Assembly (NCBI GenBank): GCA_029247135.1
Contig: JAQWLS010000009.1
Span: 1,863-65,862, forward strand
DNA from: Dehalococcoidia bacterium
Lineage (GTDB): Bacteria; Chloroflexota; Dehalococcoidia; UBA2979
Reading direction: 5' to 3'
Length of the DNA stretch: 64,000 bases
Positions 58,935 through 64,000 of the stretch are shown here, in pieces. A program made the position numbers and the translations under genes. The notes below the pieces were generated by a model. The model ran no database searches and was not told the DNA's origin. It saw only the letters and a list, made by a program, of their open reading frames with translations. The number at the start of each line of letters is the position of its first letter. Within the stretch, counting starts at the first letter, position 1.

Positions 58935-59801
58935 TTAATTATCTGCCAGCATTAACTGATGTGCAAAATCTGTCACTTCCCTTGACCGAACAAGTGATTC
59001 ACCAACAAGCAATGCGTCAGCACCAGCCTTCAGCATTCGATCCGCATCTAGTCTAGATTTAATAGCACTCTCAGCAACTAAAATCTTATCGCTAGGACAC
59101 AAGCTTGAAAGATGTTCAAAAGTAGATAAATCCTCCGTGAAATCCTTCAAATTACGGTTATTGATTCCAATAATCTTCGCATCAACTCGCAGGGCGACTT
59201 CCAACTCCTGCTCCGTGTGAATTTCTACTAAGGCCTCCATACCAAGGCTCCTAGTCTGATCCAGCAAAAATTTCAAATACTCCTCGTCAAGAATCGCAAC
59301 GATTAGAAGTAACGCATCGGCACCCATCAATCGTGACTCTAGTACTTGAAAATAGTCGAAAATAAAGTCCTTCCTGAGAACAGCGGGGCTGTTCCTTTCC
59401 GCTGAAAATAAATTAGACACATCAACAAGATCGCTAATTGAGCCCTTGAAGTACTTTTCTTCGGTCAACACACTCACGGCCGCACACCCAACATCATGAT
59501 ACAAACTAGCTTGCTCGCTAGATATTAAATTAATATTAAAGTCACCCTTACTCGGTGAAGCACGCTTGATCTCGCCAATCAGTCTGAGTTTTGCTGACTC
59601 GGGAGTATTTTTCGATCCTCTGAGTAAACGATCACCAAAATTTTGGGGCGATCTTGACTTTTGATCACTAGAAGCAAAAACTAACTCCAAATCCTTCACT
59701 GCAAAATGAGATTTTTGAGCTTGCAAGAAATTCTTTCGATCTTCAACAATATTATCTAAAATAGTGTCCGTTAAACGCGTATTACTGTTAGTAGCTGACA
59801 T
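58935..59801 (-). CDS. trpC: Indole-3-glycerol phosphate synthase
   Basis: LIGEIKRASPSKG and the NNRNL motif are present. Confidence 0.9.
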   Translation of the reverse strand: MSATNSNTRLTDTILDNIVEDRKNFLQAQKSHFAVKDLELVFASSDQKSRSPQNFGDRLLRGSKNTPESAKLRLIGEIKRASPSKGDFNINLISSEQASLYHDVGCAAVSVLTEEKYFKGSISDLVDVSNLFSAERNSPAVLRKDFIFDYFQVLESRLMGADALLLIVAILDEEYLKFLLDQTRSLGMEALVEIHTEQELEVALRVDAKIIGINNRNLKDFTEDLSTFEHLSSLCPSDKILVAESAIKSRLDADRMLKAGADALLVGESLVRSREVTDFAHQLMLADN

Positions 59802-59825
59802 AATTCAAATCCGCTCACTACGATT

Positions 59826-60881
59826 CTATTTCCGAGTCGCCTCAATAAATGCCGCAACCTTAGCGGCCACATCTCCCGATTCAATCAAGCTAATCGCCTG
59901 TTCGCATCCAGATCTTATGGATGAAGCCAACCCTGTCACATACAGACCCGCTCCTGCCTGAGCAGCCACTAGATTCCTAATCGCTAAAGGACCGTTTCCA
60001 GCAAGTACCGATCTCCAAATTTCTGCATTTTCGTCAGACGTTCCACCAACAAGTTCATCTTCACTATGTCTAGGAAGACCAAGCTCTTCTGGGGAGAGTT
60101 CGAATTTTTCGACCTTATCTTCCTTTACCTCAAAAATCGTTGATTCACCGGTAACCGAAATATCATCTACGCCATCATGGCCAACAACGACAAGAGCATG
60201 TCGCATATCAAACAGACATAAAACCTGAGAGAGTTTTTGCCCAAGATCGATATTCGCCGCGCCGAGTACATGGCAATTAGCACCGGCTGGATTGGTCAAA
60301 GGACCAAGTATATTAAAAGCAGTTCTGAAACCCAGCGATGGACGAATAGGAGCTGCGAACCGCATCGCCGGATGAAATACAGGCGCAAACATAAAACCAA
60401 TTCCCGTTAGATCGAGACAAGTATTTACTTTCTCGGGCGAGATAGCAATCTCTGCACCTAACGACTCCAGAAAGTCTGCCGCTCCAGATTTTGAAGTCAT
60501 AGCACGATTACCATGCTTGGCGACCTTAGCTCCCCCTGCCGCAGCCACAAACGCAGCTGCGGTGGAGGCATTAAATCGCTTCTTACCTGAACCTCCTGTC
60601 CCCGCAGTATCAAGAAGTGGGCGAAAATTATTATCCACTTTTAAACTAAATTCACGCATCGCAGTCGCCATTCCGGCAAGCTCATCAACGGTTTCTCCTT
60701 TAATTCTCATAGCAGTCACAAATGCTCCGAATTGAGATTCTGTCGCAATCGGCCCATCAGTCTGATCTGTCCCAGCTCGCATAATATCTCGCATTACGTC
60801 GGTCGCCTCTTCGCGGTCAAGGTCCCGCCCCTCATCTACCAAAGCGATCAATGATTCTTTAATATTCATCAAGTCTCCCAC
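59826..60881 (-). CDS. trpD: Anthranilate phosphoribosyltransferase
   Basis: LDTAGTGGSGKKRFNASTAAAFVAAAGGAKVAKHGNRAMTSKSGAAD is present. Confidence 0.95.
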   Translation of the reverse strand: MGDLMNIKESLIALVDEGRDLDREEATDVMRDIMRAGTDQTDGPIATESQFGAFVTAMRIKGETVDELAGMATAMREFSLKVDNNFRPLLDTAGTGGSGKKRFNASTAAAFVAAAGGAKVAKHGNRAMTSKSGAADFLESLGAEIAISPEKVNTCLDLTGIGFMFAPVFHPAMRFAAPIRPSLGFRTAFNILGPLTNPAGANCHVLGAANIDLGQKLSQVLCLFDMRHALVVVGHDGVDDISVTGESTIFEVKEDKVEKFELSPEELGLPRHSEDELVGGTSDENAEIWRSVLAGNGPLAIRNLVAAQAGAGLYVTGLASSIRSGCEQAISLIESGDVAAKVAAFIEATRK

Positions 60882-60902
60882 TCAATTATTCAAAAAATAT
60901 GC

Positions 60903-61481
60903 CTACCATGTAGCTGAACGAAGATCTAAGAAATTAGCCAAAAGAGTGCGTCCATACTCTGTCATAATGGATTCTGGATGAAATTGCACGCCTTCAATAG
61001 CAAACTGTTGGTGCCTAATCCCCATTATCACACCACTTTCTGCTCTCGAGGTGACTACTAACTCCTCAGGTAAACTCTTTTGTTTTACTGCAAGCGAATG
61101 ATATCTAATAGCGTCGAATCCATTGGGAATGCCTGAGTAGATGTACTCTCCATCGTGTGTTATTTTGCTTATTTTTCCATGCATAATTTCGCCCGCCTGA
61201 ACTACCTCTCCACCAAACGCTTGTGCAATAGACTGGTGACCCAGACAAACCCCAAGTACGGGTGAGATTCCACTGAAGGCTCTGATAAGATCCACCGATA
61301 TACCAGCCTCAATGGGTGTACAAGGACCAGGAGAAATAACGAGATGATCGGGTTCAATTTCGAGTGCATCAGCAACTGATAACTGATCGTTTCGAAACAC
61401 CTCAACCTCTTCACCTAACTCAGTAAAATACTGAAAAAGATTAAAGGTGAAGGAATCGTAGTTATCAATGAGTAGTAACAT
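60903..61481 (-). CDS. trpG: Anthranilate synthase component II (glutamine amidotransferase)
   Basis: LLIDNYDSFTFNL, the catalytic Cys (GVCLGHQ) and the HPE triad are present. Confidence 0.9.
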   Translation of the reverse strand: MLLLIDNYDSFTFNLFQYFTELGEEVEVFRNDQLSVADALEIEPDHLVISPGPCTPIEAGISVDLIRAFSGISPVLGVCLGHQSIAQAFGGEVVQAGEIMHGKISKITHDGEYIYSGIPNGFDAIRYHSLAVKQKSLPEELVVTSRAESGVIMGIRHQQFAIEGVQFHPESIMTEYGRTLLANFLDLRSATW

Positions 61482-61519
61482 AAATTATCCCATCCAAAAC
61501 TGAATCACCCATACTTCCA

Positions 61520-62449
61520 CTACCCCTGCGATGCTCTTTCAGCAATTTGTATTTTTGATTCAAGTTCAGTAAGTTGATCGAGTTGAATTTCATAGTTGCG
61601 TATCACCTTCGTCAATTGATCGAGAACACTAATTGGCAAGTTGCTAGCATCAGTCCCCCAAGAAAGTAATGCCTGCTCATCTTGCATCTTGATCCAAGAG
61701 TCAGTCAAAATCGCAACCTTCGACAGCAAGCTACGAACAGAACTCTCCATGTTCCTCGATTCGGCACCAGCTAGTAATTCACGTGTCCGTCTCCACTGCT
61801 GGACGTTAAACGGTTCCGGACGAAAATTATCCTCTGTAATCATCTTTGTAGCCGCACAAATAAGGTAATCTTCGAATTCGACAGCTAGTGCAAGAATTTC
61901 TAACGCACTTATCTTTTCCAAACTTAGTAAATCTAGGCGATGCTTCGGTGATATTCGATCGAAAGCAGCTAGTAGATTACCTCGCGCTTCAGTCAACTGT
62001 GCACAAATATCATTTTTGGATAATGATCTAACTTGCTGATCAGTTCCACCCACACACGCCTCTGATAACCATCTCTGTATCGAGTTATTCAAAACTATGC
62101 CATCTGGAATAGCGCTAGGTGACGACCAGCCTGCATCAACGTATACATCCGAAACAATTTTCGGCTCGCCCACCCAATCTATACACGTAAATATATTGAC
62201 CACTACGTGCTCATTCCCATGTCCAGTCATATATATTGTGTCATAAAAATCATAAGGTCCTGGTGTTATTGAAAGATCTTCTTTCAATAACAGCTCAAGG
62301 GATTCCTCAGCAGTGAGAGAGTCTGGAACAAGAACAAATGGCATTGTCCACTCCTCAGCAAATGGGCCTTTCTCATGCTTCACAAGCAGTACCTTTTGAT
62401 CGTCGCGTACCAAAAGTGCCATCGAGCCTATAAGCTGTTGCTCAGTCAT
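61520..62449 (-). CDS. Hypothetical protein embedded in the trp operon (degenerate NUDIX-like N-terminus, helical C-terminus)
   Basis: 309-aa ORF between trpE and trpG on the same strand. The N-terminal ~110 aa has a Nudix-like beta-grasp pattern but lacks a clean REx2EE box. Confidence 0.45.
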   Translation of the reverse strand: MTEQQLIGSMALLVRDDQKVLLVKHEKGPFAEEWTMPFVLVPDSLTAEESLELLLKEDLSITPGPYDFYDTIYMTGHGNEHVVVNIFTCIDWVGEPKIVSDVYVDAGWSSPSAIPDGIVLNNSIQRWLSEACVGGTDQQVRSLSKNDICAQLTEARGNLLAAFDRISPKHRLDLLSLEKISALEILALAVEFEDYLICAATKMITEDNFRPEPFNVQQWRRTRELLAGAESRNMESSVRSLLSKVAILTDSWIKMQDEQALLSWGTDASNLPISVLDQLTKVIRNYEIQLDQLTELESKIQIAERASQG

Positions 62450-62474
62450 TTATCGATCTTCCAAAATCATGCGC

Positions 62475-63974
62475 CTAGTAACCTAGTGCTTGTGCAGGTC
62501 TATCACTCTGCCTGCCTTCAGCGTCATCGAGTGCCCTCAATAACGCCCCAGCTTTATGCCAACATTCCTCATACTCGCGCTCAGGATCGCTGTCATAAAC
62601 TATGCCAGCGCCAGCCTGAACATGAGCCTTACCGTCCTGCATAACAATAGTTCGAATTGCAATACATGTTTCGATATTGCCGGACATATCAAAAAAACCA
62701 ACAGCCCCAGAATAGGAGCCTCGACGGTCAGGTTCTAATTCATTGATAATTTCCATAGCGCGTACCTTCGGGGCTCCAGAAACCGTTCCGGCTGGAAAAG
62801 CCGAGCGCAAAGCGTCGTACGCCGTGATCTCATCACGAAGTTGACCAGTCACATGTGATACTAGATGCATCACATGAGAGTAATATTCGACATCAAATTG
62901 CTGAGTAACCTGAACAGATCCCGGCGTCGCTACTCGACCAACATCATTTCTACCGAGATCTAAAAGCATCACATGTTCTGCAAGTTCTTTAGCATCATTA
63001 CTCAGCTCTTCTGCGAGAGCTATGTCCTCCGCTTTGGAAGATCCTCGAGGACGTGTACCTGCAATCGGGTGAACTTCAACTAATCCGTCTTCGATATTCA
63101 CTAGTAGCTCAGGTGATGATCCAACTAAATAAGTATCTTTAAATCGTAGAAAAAATAAATAGGGAGACGGATTAATAGCACGTAAGCTTCTATATACTTC
63201 GAAAGGTGGAACACCTGTATTCCTCGACAATCGCATTGAAAGCACCACTTGAATAACATCGCCGTCAATAATATATTGTTTCGCCCGCGCAACAGCATCT
63301 ATGTATTCATCCTTTGACCAATTCTGCTCAACAGGTGACTCGACGATGTGGGTTGGGCTATACGGAAGGTTTCCAAGCGGCATAGTTAAATTTTCTATCA
63401 ATCGATCTATTTCACCAATCGCCCGGTCATAGTTAGACCGCCGATCGCCCTCGAGCCGAACATGAGATACAACCTTAATAGTGTTTCGTACATGATCAAA
63501 AACCAAAAGATTTTTAATGAACATAACCTTTGAATCTGGCATTGCAATGACGAAAGGTTTATTTGATTCCACACGTGGTTCAAAATGACTGACACATTCG
63601 TACGCCAAGTAGCCAACTGCTCCACCATGAAATTTTGGCAAATCATCAACTGGCGCCGCACGCCACTCAGACAACTCATCTTGAATTGCAATAAGCGGAT
63701 CGCCTGACTCAGTTTCTGATGAAACTACCTTGTACGGATCAGTACCAATGAAAGAATATCTACCGTGGCGCTCGCCGCCCTCTACTGACTCCAAAAGGAA
63801 CGCGTATTCGTGATCTTGCGCAACTTTTAGATAAGCTGACACAGGGGTTTCCAAGTCCGCTCGCACCTCTCGAAAAATTGGCACAACCGTATATGGATCA
63901 GTCAGTTCAAGAACATCATCTAGTGTTGGAAAATAAAGATTCATGTGGGACGAATTATCTTTCGGCATATTCAT
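62475..63974 (-). CDS. trpE: Anthranilate synthase component I
   Basis: LLESVEGGERHGRYSFIG and the chorismate-binding C-terminal domain (GAGIVYDSDPEREYEEC) are present. Confidence 0.95.
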   Translation of the reverse strand: MNMPKDNSSHMNLYFPTLDDVLELTDPYTVVPIFREVRADLETPVSAYLKVAQDHEYAFLLESVEGGERHGRYSFIGTDPYKVVSSETESGDPLIAIQDELSEWRAAPVDDLPKFHGGAVGYLAYECVSHFEPRVESNKPFVIAMPDSKVMFIKNLLVFDHVRNTIKVVSHVRLEGDRRSNYDRAIGEIDRLIENLTMPLGNLPYSPTHIVESPVEQNWSKDEYIDAVARAKQYIIDGDVIQVVLSMRLSRNTGVPPFEVYRSLRAINPSPYLFFLRFKDTYLVGSSPELLVNIEDGLVEVHPIAGTRPRGSSKAEDIALAEELSNDAKELAEHVMLLDLGRNDVGRVATPGSVQVTQQFDVEYYSHVMHLVSHVTGQLRDEITAYDALRSAFPAGTVSGAPKVRAMEIINELEPDRRGSYSGAVGFFDMSGNIETCIAIRTIVMQDGKAHVQAGAGIVYDSDPEREYEECWHKAGALLRALDDAEGRQSDRPAQALGY

Positions 63975-64000
63975 CTGCCACCTCGCGGACCATAAGATAA

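Noticed and set aside
1-64000. CRISPR arrays, restriction-modification, toxin-antitoxin or other defence-system signatures
   Set aside because: No regularly spaced direct repeats, cas-like, methyltransferase, nuclease or abortive-infection domain proteins were seen. Repeats found are limited to the permease duplication and short palindromes.

Overview
This is a 64-kb chromosomal window that is densely coded, mostly on alternating strands, with about 59 protein genes and 4 tRNAs, all of which encode their CCA ends. Gene content (rplI-dnaB linkage, DnaD/DnaI-type loader proteins, MurJ/MreB/RodZ, many family-III CoA transferases, FGE-like, MBL, SDR and amidohydrolase paralogs, moderate GC) suggests a Chloroflexota-like (SAR202-type) heterotroph; this is inference only. 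Housekeeping genes present are gyrA, ileS, glyA, asd, mnmA, ndk, rsfS, tsaE/tsaB, thiL, a trp operon and the Moco genes moaA/moaC/moaD/moaE. Several accessory modules sit among them. (1) A peptide-type ABC importer has a recently tandem-duplicated DppC-like permease, an SBP at the 3' end of the operon, and a 13-bp hairpin whose half-site recurs in the operon's promoter region. (2) A CoA-ester metabolism locus carries a fused double family-III CoA-transferase, translationally coupled to a single-chain BC-BCCP-CT acyl-CoA carboxylase, convergent with malate synthase A. (3) A second locus has a split MaoC/hotdog hydratase pair plus a family-III CoA transferase. Together (2) and (3) resemble the mesaconate/itaconate/propionyl-CoA plus glyoxylate branches of the 3-hydroxypropionate bicycle and the methylaspartate cycle. 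(4) An orphan xanthine-dehydrogenase-family Mo-binding subunit is followed by a GG-terminated MoaD/ThiS-like protein. (5) A replication module follows dnaB: a DnaD-like protein and an unusual polypeptide with two DnaC/DnaI-type AAA+ loader domains behind an N-terminal Cys cluster. (6) tsaB is split by a frameshift. (7) The trp operon has no trpA in the window and carries an inserted degenerate NUDIX/DinB-like gene. No CRISPR array, transposase, integrase or recognisable defence system was found.
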